A DNA stretch of 64,000 nt from Dudresnaya verticillata (GCA_977862235.1 OZ374557.1:558001-622000); one strand, 5' to 3'; numbered from the stretch's first letter, positions 24,601 to 36,815 are shown. Notes: generated by a model not told the origin, from the letters alone. Made by a program: numbers and translations.

Positions 24601-25930
24601 GGGCTCTGTGACCCCTTGACGCAGCATGCAGTCCACTTCCGCTTGAGCGAGTTGTCTTTGCTTCGTCCCTGCTCAGTAAGGCGGGGAAGATATCGGTCTA
24701 GAGCCGGGAGGCAAGTCGATGTAGTGTTCAGTGGTTGAGATTTCTCCTAACGTCCCACATAGACGAATACTTGTGTAACATCTCCTTAAGCAGGCCTTGA
24801 TTCTCGGCAGGAAGATGTCCCAGGTCCAAATCGTCCACTGACAGAGGCTTGGCAGTGGTTGCCTCGATAGACTTCGTGAAAGTATCCAGCTGTGCCGTAA
24901 TATCGTCGTTCGTTTGAAAATGGAAGTCTTGGTTTGCCTTCTCCTCCTCTGCCTGTTCCTCGGTGAGGCCCAAAACATCGGCTAGAATTACGTGACTGGG
25001 GAACACTGCTGTTGGATTTGGCAACGCCGTCGCGAAGTCTTGGCCCTTGACCAGCGCCTGTGGGTGGGGAGAGAAGTTGGCAACCAAAATGCGAAATGGT
25101 TTTAGCGGCTCCACTTGAGCAATCCCGTTCGTAACGACCAGACCTTGTTTGTCGTACAGCGTTCCGAACGGTTGAATTGTAATGACGCCGGCGTGTTCGG
25201 TGGTCACCGATACCCATTGCTGCGCCTTAGGCGGGATGATCGCACGCTCTGTTACTCGTATCTTGGGCAACGTCCTTCCTTCGGCCTTGCCGTATTCCTG
25301 TTCCTTTGGCAATGGAGGATACGACGGGGGTCGGCGCAGGGGGCGGCGCGTTTTAGGGATACGAGTCCCGTCGTCCAATTCGATCTCGCGACTTCGCAGA
25401 TAAATTGCTTCGACAAAGCGGTCGCAAAAGTCGCAACCGAGTATAACCGGCGCAGCGAGTCGTTCACAAACGATCAGTTACAACTTGACGACCCGCCGTC
25501 CTAGACGAACGACCAGGTCGACGGTACCTCTTGTCTGGATCGCCTTGTTGTTGATGTCGGCTATGAAGGGGAGGCTCTTTGCCACGATGCGTGATCGCGC
25601 TTCCAGCGGAATGTCGTCAATGCGGATGTACCTCGGACCAGCCCCCGTGTCGAGGACAGTGCGTTTACGTGCCAAGGTACTAACGGTCGTGCACAAGTCG
25701 GCGTACATCTTATAGTTCCTCTTGCCCATTTCGAACAACTGTCCCCGCGCCTGGGGGCTGGTTCCTTCTCCATGGGCGTTTTAATGACGTCTGAGACGAC
25801 TCTATATTGCCCGTTGGCGTCATTAATAACTAACTTCGGGCCCTCATTCCGTGTCAGCACCCGAGGCCTAGGCCTCTCTTCACAGTGCGACACCCCAGTG
25901 TAAGGATTCGGTGCCCGAGTTAGTTTTTCG
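21628..25930 (-). pseudogene. pol: pol of element C
   Basis: VLDTGAGP (25478-25738); LRFCVDYRRLN and YLDD (24149-24589); DCDASEYQV; integrase with its core partly deleted at ~23055; chromodomain YVIERIESHGYADDGAILYRVKSFGYPASPNTWEP (21628-21858). Confidence 0.92.
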
Positions 25931-28427
25931 CCTGCGGCGGTGGTTGTGGCGCTACATAGCGATTGATCATGCAGCACGGCGGGCAGCGTCGCGGGTCGCG
26001 CGTTCCTTGCAACGGACATACGCATCAGCGGGGACACCAGCCTTCTCGGCTTCGGTTAGTCCTTCATAGTTGGTAATAACCTTCATGAAGTCGGTCATGA
26101 GGAGGAAGCAGTCCGGCACGATATCCCCGCGAGCATAACATTGATGGCATACCAGCTGCCGACGTGCGTCTTGACGGAGCGGACCTCTGTCCTGCCATCC
26201 GGGCCTTGCCCGGTGAACGTGTGGGGCATACTCGCAATATGGAACGCGTGGCGCGGGTACGACCGAACCGCCCAAAGGCAAGAACGGGTCCATGTCCCTT
26301 GTTTCTTCGTCTTCGACGTAGCTGTCCGTCGGTAGAACCGAAGTTGGCACCGACACGTGCTCGCCTGCCAAGTATAGATCGCCATCGGCGTGTGCTTCCA
26401 TGTCGTCGACAGGGCGGCTAACGTCTGGGAACTCGATGGGGGACTTCGCTATCATAGCGCGCGCTCCAGGCTTTGTGCCTCTCGTTTGTGGACGCAATAC
26501 CCCTCGGGCATGGCCGACGGCGGGGCGCGACGCGCATGCGGCTTGATCCGGTATCATTATGTCTCGTCTTGCTGACGCAGAGCCGACCCTGCCGTGTCGG
26601 GCGCGGTTGGCGTTCCCTTCGTCCTGTGCGAAGTGGACCAGCCGCTCGAATGACAATTCCGCCCTTGGCATTTCTTCTCGAAAGCTAGCCACGAGTGACC
26701 TGATCGACGGATCCAACCCGTTGATGTACAGTGTCACCTTCTCCCAGTCGGAATAAACGTTACCGCAACTAATACATGCCCCGGACAGCCGCATCCCATA
26801 CGTCGTCTCTTCTTCGCCTTGCTTCTGGACGGTCGAACGTAGGGCGAGGACAGCGTCCCGAATCGCCGCTGGCGTAGCATACGTACGGAAAAGGTACTTT
26901 ACCGCCTCCGGATACGAGGACACCCCGCCGCGATTGCGTGAAGACGTCGACTTGACGGAGCGGAACTGCGTGGCTGCCGTAACTCGCAAGAAGTACGGCA
27001 GGGCGACAAACGCTTGGGCTTCGCTCATTTCCAGCGTATCGGCTACATCCGCGAAGTGCGTTAGGAACTCCAGGACTATGACGGGGTCCCTGCCGTTGAA
27101 GGCGGCTTCCTTCATGGTCCGCTCCAGGCGCTTAATATGTTCCTTGACCTTACCCGTGTCGCGCCCTGAGCGTTTCTGCCCTACGTCTTGGAGACGATAA
27201 GTCCTATACAATAGGAGCTGATCGAAAAGGGGTTGCAGTGGGGTAGTTCCTTCAACCCCTTGAACCGCTTTCCGCGAGGCCTTGCGGCACTGCCGAGAGC
27301 TGGGGAGTCGTCGTCTTCAGACGAAGCGTCGGATGACTCTCCGTCACTTGATGAGTCTGAAGAGGACGAGGATGAATCCCCACGTCGATGACGGTTCTTC
27401 TTCCGCCTATGACGCAGCTTGCGGCGGCGTCTCTTCCGATCCTGGCGTCTGTGACGGTCTTCGCACGAGCTCTCGTCACCCAACGGTGGACGGTTGCGCC
27501 ACTTGGCGGTTTCAAGACGCTGTAAGCGGGTCGCCAGTCGCTCGAAGCGTTTGGCGTGAGCTAAGCACGGAGTGAGAATGGACCGTTGTTGCCGGCAGTG
27601 GTTGGGTACCTATACCTTGGCCTACGTTTTGGATCGTCAGTAGACGGTCGAGATCGGAGCGAAGCCCTTGTAGTGCGCCGTCCCGATCTTCTTCCAACGT
27701 CTGTAGACGACTTGCTATTCCTCCGACACTGTCTTCTAGCAAACCGGCAAACCTAGCGAGCAAAGCATCGTCTTCCAAGACGCATACCTCTCGGATCCGT
27801 TCGCGTGGTATCGTTGAGTTAGTCACGAGGACGGCCGAGGGTAACGCCATTGGCGGTTGGCTTTCTGGGGTTGATCGGTTGGGCGTTCCTCCAGCTGTTT
27901 GGCTTGGAGACTTGGGCTTAGCCGGTGAACAAACCGGCACTGCCGTGGGGAGTGGGGCAGCATGGCCCAGGCGTCAATGGCTCGTCAGCGACGTTTCGCT
28001 CTGAGGGGTGCTCCTGATCGTGGTTGACGGGGATCGTTGGTTGGTCCGGAAGTTCCGGTTGTTCCTCGACGATGTCGGCTTGTCTTCCGTCTACGACGCT
28101 CTGTTGCCCGGCTTGTATTGTATCAGCCGAGCCAACGTAGGAGCGGTAGGTGCGGAGGGCCGATCCCTCGGGGACTGAGGTGCGGACGACAACGGGGATG
28201 CGCATAGGCGGGGGAGGTAACTCTCCTCCGTTTTGCGACGCGTGGGAGCCTGCGTGGCCGTGGCCCGGGGGTGGCGTCGGGAAGGCCGACGCGATCTCCG
28301 GGCTCACGAGGCGCCCCAATCGTGTTTTAATCGGTGGGTGCGACCGCTCCGACGCGGGAATGCTTCCAGGTGTTGACGACGGTCGTTTTGAACTTGGGCC
28401 TCGGACCGTCGGTGGTCTAGAGGCCAT
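25920..28427 (-). pseudogene. gag: gag of element C
   Basis: ORFs 27918-28427, 27512-27940, 27181-27483 (Arg/Ser-rich) and 25967-27211 (VCHQCYARGDIVPDC zinc-knuckle-like). Ends GCG AAA AAC TAA. Confidence 0.88.
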
Positions 28428-28533
28428 TATACAATCTTATATCTGCTTAAAAGTCGTGGACGATTAGCGGCAACGTCAGACGACGGGTGGTCGGACGTCA
28501 TGCGACGGTAGAACGCGTTGTAGCGTAGACCCC

Positions 28534-28551
28534 TTCTAGGTCGGGAGACCA
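28534..28551 (-). promoter_or_regulatory. Primer-binding site (tRNA-Tyr), element C
   Basis: TTCTAGGTCGGGAGACCA, 2 nt from the LTR. Confidence 0.92.
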
Positions 28552-28553
28552 GA

Positions 28554-29436
28554 TGTGGTGCAAACCGTCTAGCGACGAGTAGCAGACCTGGGGGTAGCGC
28601 AGGTAGCGTGTGTGTGGTAGAGCGTAGGTAACACGCCGAGGGCGGACTGTGAACGCCCTGGGCGGTAGAAGTGGAACAAATCCACAGAAAGGAGAGAGAA
28701 AGAGAAAGAAAGGGAGAAAGGAAGAGAGACGCGTCAAGGACGTAGACAGACGCGGAAGCGCGGGCGGAGCTGCGCAGTTTCCTAAGTTGGTAAGGAAAAG
28801 TACGCACTAGGGAGGGGGCTTCAGGTCCGAGGCCAGCTTGCCGGGATTTACTCAATGTACCAGACGGGTTACCCAATATATTATTGCTACGACGCGGGCT
28901 GCGGCGGCGCGGCGTGGCGGGCAGGAACTCGGGACGCGTGTCGCGCCCCGGTGCGTCTGACAAGTCGTCGTCGCCATGCAGCTGCGCACCCGCGGGTAAG
29001 GAATAGCTTACAGACAAGCGTGCGCGTAATGAATGGCTTACAGGCGCGTCCGCACGTCGGTAGAGGTGATTCGGATTCGAATCCCGATCCCTGCCAGCAT
29101 TGCTGGCGCGCCGGTGTGCCTTGCAGGCGCACGCCTTACATTGTAGCGGATCCCGATCTGATCCCGATATCCGATCCAGATCCCATCGGGATCTGGCCCA
29201 TCCTTACAGGTACACGCTTTACACCTCCCGGATCCCGATGGGCGATCCGGATGCGTGCCGCGCGGGCGTGCAGTGCGTGAGCCCCCATGCCCGGCGGCGG
29301 TTGTGGCGTCCATACGCGGTTGAGCCGGCCATCCATGACTTGTTCGCGCGCGCCCGTGGTGGTTACGATTGCCCGTCAGTAGACGTCTTATAGCACGCTC
29401 CGAGCGGAAAAAGGGGGTCACCCCCCTTGCACCACA
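28554..29436 (-). repeat. 5' LTR of element C
   Basis: TGTGGTGCAA...TTGCACCACA termini; adjacent PBS. Confidence 0.85.
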
Positions 29437-30450
29437 GCGCGGCTGCATTCCAGGGGCACTTGTCAGACCCACGCTGGGAGGACACGTGTCCTGAGTTCCC
29501 GCGCAACGCGACACTGCCGCCATCGCTCTAGCAGTAGCAGTACTACATAGGAAACCCGTCGGGAGACGACTCAGTAAACCCCGCCAAGCCGGTCTGCCTT
29601 CAGAATTCGCCCCTCCCTCGTTAGCGTCATTACCGCTAACTGAGTTGGCTATGCGGCGCGACGATCGCGCTTCCACGTCGAGTTCCTCTCAGACATGTAC
29701 CGTTTTTCCTTTTCTAATCCGAGAAGCTCGGTGTCCTCCACCCCTAGCGCTCAAGAGCGGACATCATCGTTACGCTATTAGCGTGGGATACGTGCTGGAA
29801 TACCGCGCACACGCGTCGTTCCCGTCGTTGACGTGTGTTTTTCCCTGTCTCCTTTTCCAGTCCGTACAACACTTCCTTTTCCCCCTTTCTCCGCCTCGGG
29901 CGATTACAGTCCGCCGCTGGCGTTTATCGACGCTCTACCCCTATTACCGCCCCGGTGCTCACCCGCCTGAGGCGAGCTACCGCCGGGGTACGAACGGCCC
30001 GGCACTTGGTGTTATCCTTCCTCGACTTTTTGGACTACAACTGGTCTCCCGGTCTAGAAGTTGCTACATTTCTACGAACTACCACGTCGTGCGACGACCG
30101 ATCAACCGCTTTCAAAGCGTTTCGCTACTCGTCCACGACGTTTTTCTACGTTTGTGAGAATACAGTGGGTCCGTCCCGACTACCACTATCTCCCGGGTCC
30201 TCTTCAAGGCTCCCGTCATCGACGATTGGGATTGAGCCATCGTTCGAACGGTCAAGACGCATGACGATGAAGTCGGAATGCCGTATCCGCCCGGTGTTTG
30301 CCTCGACTCTCCCGGCTATGCCGATATTCGACGTTTCCGACCGTTCGTCTAACAGGGGATCGTTATATCCCCTACAGAACGTGTTGTCGTCCGTACTTCC
30401 GCCTCTGGTGAGTCTACCCTCCGTGCATCCGAACGCTCAAGTTCAAGCCA
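29437..30450 (+). mobile_element. Element D remnant: 5'-truncated LTR (to 30039), PBS 30042-30059 and leader
   Basis: The LTR ends ...GGACTACA, followed by TGGTCTCCCGGTCTAGAA (16/18 match to the Tyr PBS). The LTR is homologous to the reverse complement of ~36925-37490. Confidence 0.8.
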
Positions 30451-33000
30451 AACAATAGAGCGTCGATGACGGAGCTCAAACCTGCTATGCCAAGGATCGA
30501 TGAGGTATTCTGGACAGCTAACTGCCCAAAGTAACTCAAAACCACGTTGCTGACGTTGAAGACTGCGGAATGGACCAATACTTCTGCGATGATTCACGCT
30601 TCGCTGCAATCCGCCTGCTGCCGTGACATTCATTCGATGGCGTTTGGCCGATATTCTCGACATGTTTCTTTTTCCCGTCATTGACGTTTCCTGCTTTGCA
30701 GTCACGTGGTGAACTCCTCTCGACGTCGTGTTGTACCATCACTGACGTTTTGTATCACTTGGTACACGCGGTCACACACTAAGTCAGTTTCGTATCGTCA
30801 TTGATGTTTCGTGTCGTCATTGACGTTCTACTGCATGCGGGCAGCCAACGAGTGCCATATCTCACCTTCGTCGAAGTTCTCCGGCTCGTGGTCACCCTTA
30901 ACGTACCGCTTCGTATCGTCACCGATGTTTCCTATCCTCATTGACGCTTTCAGGTTCGCGGTCAGCTCCAACGTACCCCTTCCTATCGTCATCGACGTTA
31001 GGTATCGTCATTGAAATTTTTGGTACACGCGGCTCGCGGTTTGCAGGTTTGCACACGGCTCACGCACACCCCGTGATATGCCTAAATGTACCGTCACAGA
31101 CGTTCTGCGGTTGTGCGTTTACTCGCAACAAAGTGATGCACACCGTCAAAGACATTTTCGCGGCTTGCGCACTACCGCGTCGTGCTGCGTTCAATACCGT
31201 CATAGACGTTTTTCGAAGTGCCACTTGGTTCGTCGACTAGTTCAGGCTCGCGGGCAAAAGAAACGGCCTCTTCGTATCGTCATCGACGTTTCATATCGTT
31301 ATTGACTTTTCGTACACGCGGTAACCCACGTCGTGCTGCACCTTACCGTCATGCACGATTACCGTACGCAGTCACCCGGGCTACGTCGCGTTTTTCCGTC
31401 ATAGACGTTGTTATTTTTGACTCGAGGCCACCGGCTCATATAGTCATTGACGTTACATATCTTCATTGACGTTTTCGTGCATGCATTCATCCGCGTAACG
31501 CAAGAAGGCTGCGTCACAGACGTTTTCCGGCACACGGTGACTCGCCCACTTCGCCTCTTACCGTTATCGACGTTCATACGGAGGTGAGCAGCTGCCCCTG
31601 CCGCGTTTCACCGTCGCAGACGTTTTCCGGGCGGCCTCACCCGCACCATGCGCGAGAAAAACTTCATTGACGTTATGTTTCATCTGTTGCCCGCGGTCAC
31701 CCGCGTAGTGCACCATGGTACACAGCATCTTTTACCGTCTTCGACGGTTGTACCCTCGCAGTAACCCGCCCAGTGCCACTTCGCATCGTCATCGACGATT
31801 GGTGTCGTCATTGACGCAGTGCACCATGTGATCGTCGAGGACGTTTGCAGGAACGCGAGCACCCAGGAAGTGCCAATGTTTATCGTCATCGACGTTCAAT
31901 ATCGTCATTGACGTTTGGTGCACGCCATCACCCATGTAGTGCACCACTTTCCCGTCTTCGACGTTTGGTGCACGCGGTCACCCGCGCAGTGCAACACTTT
32001 ACCGTCGTCGACGTTTGAAGGCTCGCGGTCACCCGCGAAGCCCCACTTCTCTTTGTCACCGACGGTTGATATCGTGTTCGGCGATTCGGGGCACGCAATC
32101 ACCCGCGCACTGCACCCTCTTATCGTCATAGACGTTTCCCGGCTGGCGTACACCCGCGGCATGCCAGGTTGTATCGTCTCAGACGTTTCCCGGCTGGCGC
32201 ACATCCGCGTCGTACCGCGTTATATCGTCAAAGTCGTTTCTCGGCTTGCGCACACCCGCGTGATGCTGCGCCATATCGTCACAGACATACAATTTCACGC
32301 ATTAGTGGTTTCCATACCGTCCTTGACGATCACGCCCGCCGATGGCGGTTCACTGCACGCCGCGCCGAACGTAAGGCTGCATGGGGGGTCATACAATCTA
32401 CCTGGTGGGCGGTGCCCCCTGCCGCACGAAATTCGACGCATGATTGGTGCGCTCCGCCTTACAGGCGTATGACCTGTGCGCAAGGAAAACAAGGGCTCAT
32501 TGGTGCGCTTGGGTTTACAGGCACGTGACCTGCGTATACGGAAATTGAACGCCCATTGGTGCGCTTCGCCTTACACCCAAATTGAGCGCTGATTGGTGTC
32601 CTCCGCGCCGCGCGCAAATTGAACGCCGATTGGTGCGCTTTGGTATACCTTCAAAATTTATCGTTTATTTTTGCGCGGCGCAGCCGGGCTACTGTGCAGG
32701 TGCTGGTATCCGCCTACACGCGGGTAACCGTCTTGGACGTTCTAACCCCTTCGCTGTCTGAGCCCATAGGGCACACCGCTACTAGTGAACTGTTCAAGTC
32801 TTCCTTCGACGGGAAAATCGACATCGATGACGGCGCTGCACCCTGGATGCCGTTAAACACAGGCATGACATCAAAGATGGTGACAACTTAACGCCACTGG
32901 CGAAGTCCACACAAACGTCAAAAACGGTACACGTGAACGCCTCCAGCGACGATTGAGAAAACTGCCCAAGTAGAACGTGCGTAGATGACGGAGATTGATT
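30450..33000. repeat. Degenerate repeat array with core YCGTCATYGACGTTT; possible non-autonomous DNA transposon or satellite
   Basis: Roughly 35-40 cores at 30670-32295 with ~50 and ~20 bp spacing. Inverted cores near 30460, 32815-32995 and 36900. Five ATTGGTGCGCT-type units at 32440-32645. Confidence 0.85.
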
Positions 33001-33049
33001 AACGCCACGGGCGGGTTCAGATTAACGTGCGCACCTTTCGGTCAAACAG

Positions 33050-36000
33050 TGCCTTGGCCTTTTGCTGAGCCACTGTCTATTTCGTGCGCGCTGTCTAGAC
33101 CGCATATCGCAAACAGCGCATGGTACTCCGCTCCTGTAATACCGTGGTCATACGCCCTTCCGTTACGGTTTCGTGATGCTCGACAGGAGCCCATCGTACA
33201 ACAATGTCCGATGGGTGGCGTGTCAGCACCAAATCAACTGGTGTTTTTCCGTAATACGGTGTACCTGCATGCTGTACGTATGCGGCAACGGTTGTAGGTA
33301 CAAATTCCAATCGGAGTGATGATTCTCAACGTAATGGCGCAAACAGTGGGTGATTGTCTTATTAAATCGCTCAGTTTGCCCATTTGTCTGTGGATGGTAG
33401 GTAGCGGTGAGTAGATGCCTGACTCCGAGTAAGGAACACACCGCATCAAAGACGTTAGCAGTAAACGGCGGTCCGTTATCGATTAGGACAAATTGGAGTG
33501 CACCACACGCGTACACCCAAAAGTCCAGAAAGGCGTTAGCCACCACTACGGCTGTTGTTTTCCGTAACGGAATGCAGGGCGTTAGCTTAGAGAACCGACC
33601 GGTTATTACCAAAACCTAGACATAACCCCGTTTTATCTTCGGAAGTGGCCCGAGGATGTCGATAGCGACAAACGCCAAGGGTCCGCTAGCGGGGAAACGT
33701 TTCATAAACCTTTGATTCGGAAAGCGGGTTCCCTTCGTCTTGACGCAGGAGCGACATGTCCGAACGGATTCAAATACATCGTTGGCCATATAAAGCCAGT
33801 AATAATCCTGTCGGAGTGTATAATACATCTTAATTCCGCCTGGGTGACCCGACGTCAGGGTGTAGTGGGATTAACACAATACCTGTCCACGGAGTTCGCT
33901 TGGCGCCACCTTCTGCAGAGCACCATCCAATTGGGACTTGCGTACCAAGAATCCGTTACGGTCATAGTCAAATTGTGATCCAGGGGAGCCTACCGTATCG
34001 GCTTTGAGACGACAGAAAGGTTCTCGGGCTTGCGCTTCGAGGAACTCCTCCCTGGTAATTAATTGTCTCATCCTTAACGTCGGATTCTTGGATTACAGTA
34101 AACCGTGACGGCATTGCGTCGGGCTTGTCAGGGGAGGCGGATGCACTTCCAATGGCGGGCTCCACAGCGCATATTGCGCCATTTTCCGTAGCGGTTTCTT
34201 GTGATGTGGCCCAATCAGTTAAATAATCTCCATGCTCACATAATCTGTAGACGGTATTTTCGGCGAAAAAGCAAGGGATCTCTTCATCCAAAGGTCTATC
34301 GTCACCGCCATCCGTTCGGAGTCACGACATCCCATAGGCGAGTTGATGCTTAATCCCTGGACGGTATTGCACATCAAATTCAAATTCCGATAGGCCGAGT
34401 CTCCACCTCGCCAGGCGGGCAGATGCATCTGCGAGGTTCAGAATCCACCGCAGGGCTTCATGATCCGTTCGAAGAATAAACGTATCACCGTAAAGGTATG
34501 GCCGGAGCGTCAACATGCTCCAGACTACGGCCAGACATTCCTTTTCGGTTATAATATAACTTTTCTCCGCATCGGTGAGGCTTCGGCTCCAGTATCCAAC
34601 AGGGAGGTGATCGCCATTCGGTTATTCCTGCAAAAGGACGCCGCCGACTTGGTGGTCACATGTATCTGTGTCCAACGTATGTTTATATCCGTGACGGGGT
34701 AGCACCAAAATAGGTGGAGAGATAATGCGCCTCTTCAACTCTTCGAAGGCCTCATATTCCGTATCCGATAGAATGCTAAACTCGAAGGGTGAGCCCTTCC
34801 CGGTCTTCTTGTTCGACGGTGCTGAAATCCGAGCGAAGTTGGGTACAAAGAGACGATACACGTTGCACATTCCCAAGAAGGATCGTAACTCCGTTTGGTT
34901 AGTCGGCGGCTTCGCGACCTTAACGGATTGGATGTTCCGATTATCCACTTCTAATTTTCCGGGACGGATAACATGCCCCAGGTATTGGGCAGACGAGTTG
35001 AAGAAGTCACATTTTGACAACTTCAACGTCACCCCAGTGGATCGTAAAATCACAAGGACTTCCTTAAAATGGTGGAAATGATCCGTAACGGAATTAGAGT
35101 AGACAATTACATCTTCTAGATAGACGAGGGCAAATTGCCACTTAACCGTAGAAAGGATTATGTTCACTGCCCGTTGGAAGGTTGCCGGGGTATTCTTCAA
35201 TCCGAATGGCATTCTCCGAAAACGGTACAAGCCAAAGTGGCTAGTGAAGGTTGTTTTGTCCCTTTCCTCTTCTGGAATTTCAACGTGCAAATACCCACTA
35301 TTGCAATCAAGAGTGGTGAATACAGTTGAATCACCAAGGGAATCTATGCATTCATCCATCCTGGGCAATGGGTATGAATCCCTAACCGTCACGGAATTGA
35401 GCCTTCGATAGTCGATACAGAACCGCGTGGTACCGTCCTTTTTAGGAAAAAACCACGGGGCTGGCCGATTCCGATGAGGCTGGCTCAACTACCCTAGCGG
35501 ATAGCATAGGTCTATGTCTGTCTTTTCGAGCTCTCGCTGCTTATGTCTGGCGCGGTATGGGGCCTGATAGACTGGCTTAGACCCGGGCTTTAACTCGATT
35601 CCATGCTTGGCAGCTGTTATGTTGCCAAGTTTGCCACTCCACATGGACTTGAATTCCTCGGGGAGGGGCAAAATCCGTTTACGAGGCGATGCGTCATCTG
35701 TACCGATCTGGACTTGATCCTTCCAGTCGGTAGTATTTGTAGTTTCCGTTACGGGTTTGCTTAAATCATTGTCTTGGGGGGAGATACTGCTGTCCTTTTG
35801 GGATGTAGGGCTAGAATTGAATGATTGAATAATTTATCCATCTTCCTTAAATGGGCTATACCGTCAACGGTAAAAATAGAAGAAGGGAAGCAGTAGCGAG
35901 CCCCACGACAGTAGATTTTGGCAACCTTACCGGCTTGTTAGAAACGTTAGAGACCCAGATCCGAAATGGTTTGTTTGGAACAATATCCATAATGCCATTA

Positions 36001-36110
36001 GCCATCAGTCTAAGGTGTTTGAAAGCGGGCTTAGGATAATTTTGTAAAAAGCATAACCCACCCGTGGGGTACTAATTGTTACGGAGGTTTGAGTTTGAGT
36101 CATTTTGGAA
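33050..36110 (-). pseudogene. pol: Element E pol (RT, RNase H, integrase), decayed; gag and protease missing
   Basis: ORF 34622-35488 (RFCIDYRRLN, MPFGLKN, YLED); 34322-34516 (TDHEAL..ARLARW); 33223-33828 (C..C, IDNGPPF, YHPQTNGQTERFN). Confidence 0.92.
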
Positions 36111-36177
36111 ACTCAGTTGTTAGAGCATTCGACTGTAGATCTAATTGTCCCTAGTTCGATTCTCGGTCGGGAGACCA
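36111..36177 (+). tRNA. 5'-truncated retrocopy (pseudogene) of mature tRNA-Tyr(GTA), acting as an extended PBS
   Basis: aCTC AGTTGtTA GAGC (D arm), TTCGA CT GTA GA TCtAA (anticodon arm, GTA at 36135-36137), CCTAG TTCGATT CTcGG (T arm), TCGGGAG A CCA. No intron, encoded CCA, 5' acceptor strand missing. Confidence 0.88.
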
Positions 36178-36187
36178 AAAGATATGG

Positions 36188-36815
36188 TTTAGTGAAAACT
36201 CACGCACTTCCGTAACGGACAGCTGGCCTTACTTTCCATCACTGGACGAGAGAGACGTCTCCCTCCACGGGGTGGTAGAGCAGTTCGCACCGACAGGGAG
36301 AACAGCGAGCGGCTAACCGAAACAGATATTGGGAAGCAACAGACAAGGGGGTGGTACAAGTGCCGGGACGGACTCCGTAACGGTGGTGGTGGTAGACCGC
36401 AACGGTCTCGGCGCGGGGAAAACCGTAAAGGAAAGCGCTACAGTGGGATTGAGGCTCAAGGGTTGCTTGCCCGTGCACCTTATGATCCGCTGCGGTGCCG
36501 CCGTGATATACAAGTCAGGGTGGCACCGAGCGGTTCAGTCCGTGTGGGTCAGACCCTAAGGGTCTGGACCCGTGGTGAAATCGGCCCTGCTGGTCCCAAT
36601 CTCCGACAAGGACATGCGCAGCATTCTCATTGGCTGGCGCACTACTCTACACACTGTACAGATACTCACTAAAATTAAAGAATAAGTACTACAAATACTC
36701 CGCTATGGTTGGTGCGCTCCCCTTACAGCACAGCAATGCGTACCAGCGCACAGTAATGCGCACAACACCGACACGGTTCCACGTTACCAGATCATCAACG
36801 TAGCGTATTCCCACA
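36188..36815 (-). repeat. LTR (family also at 47399-48006), probable 5' LTR of element E
   Basis: Colinear similarity with 47399-48006 from TAGTGAAAAC to T(A/T)TCCCACA; lies next to the tRNA-Tyr PBS end. Confidence 0.8.

Larger units (their letters stand above)
21628..29436 (-). mobile_element. Element C: chromodomain Ty3/Gypsy retrotransposon, decayed, 3' LTR not found
   Basis: 5' LTR 28554-29436, PBS 28534-28551, then gag, PR, RT, RH, partially deleted IN and chromodomain. Confidence 0.9.

Noticed and set aside
30670..32295. CRISPR array
   Set aside because: Cores are degenerate, the 'spacers' are related to each other (CACGCGGTCACCCG-like), there are no cas genes, and the context is eukaryotic.
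36111..36177. Functional tRNA-Tyr gene
   Set aside because: The 5' acceptor strand is missing, the anticodon and T stems have mismatches, CCA is encoded, and no poly-T terminator follows directly.
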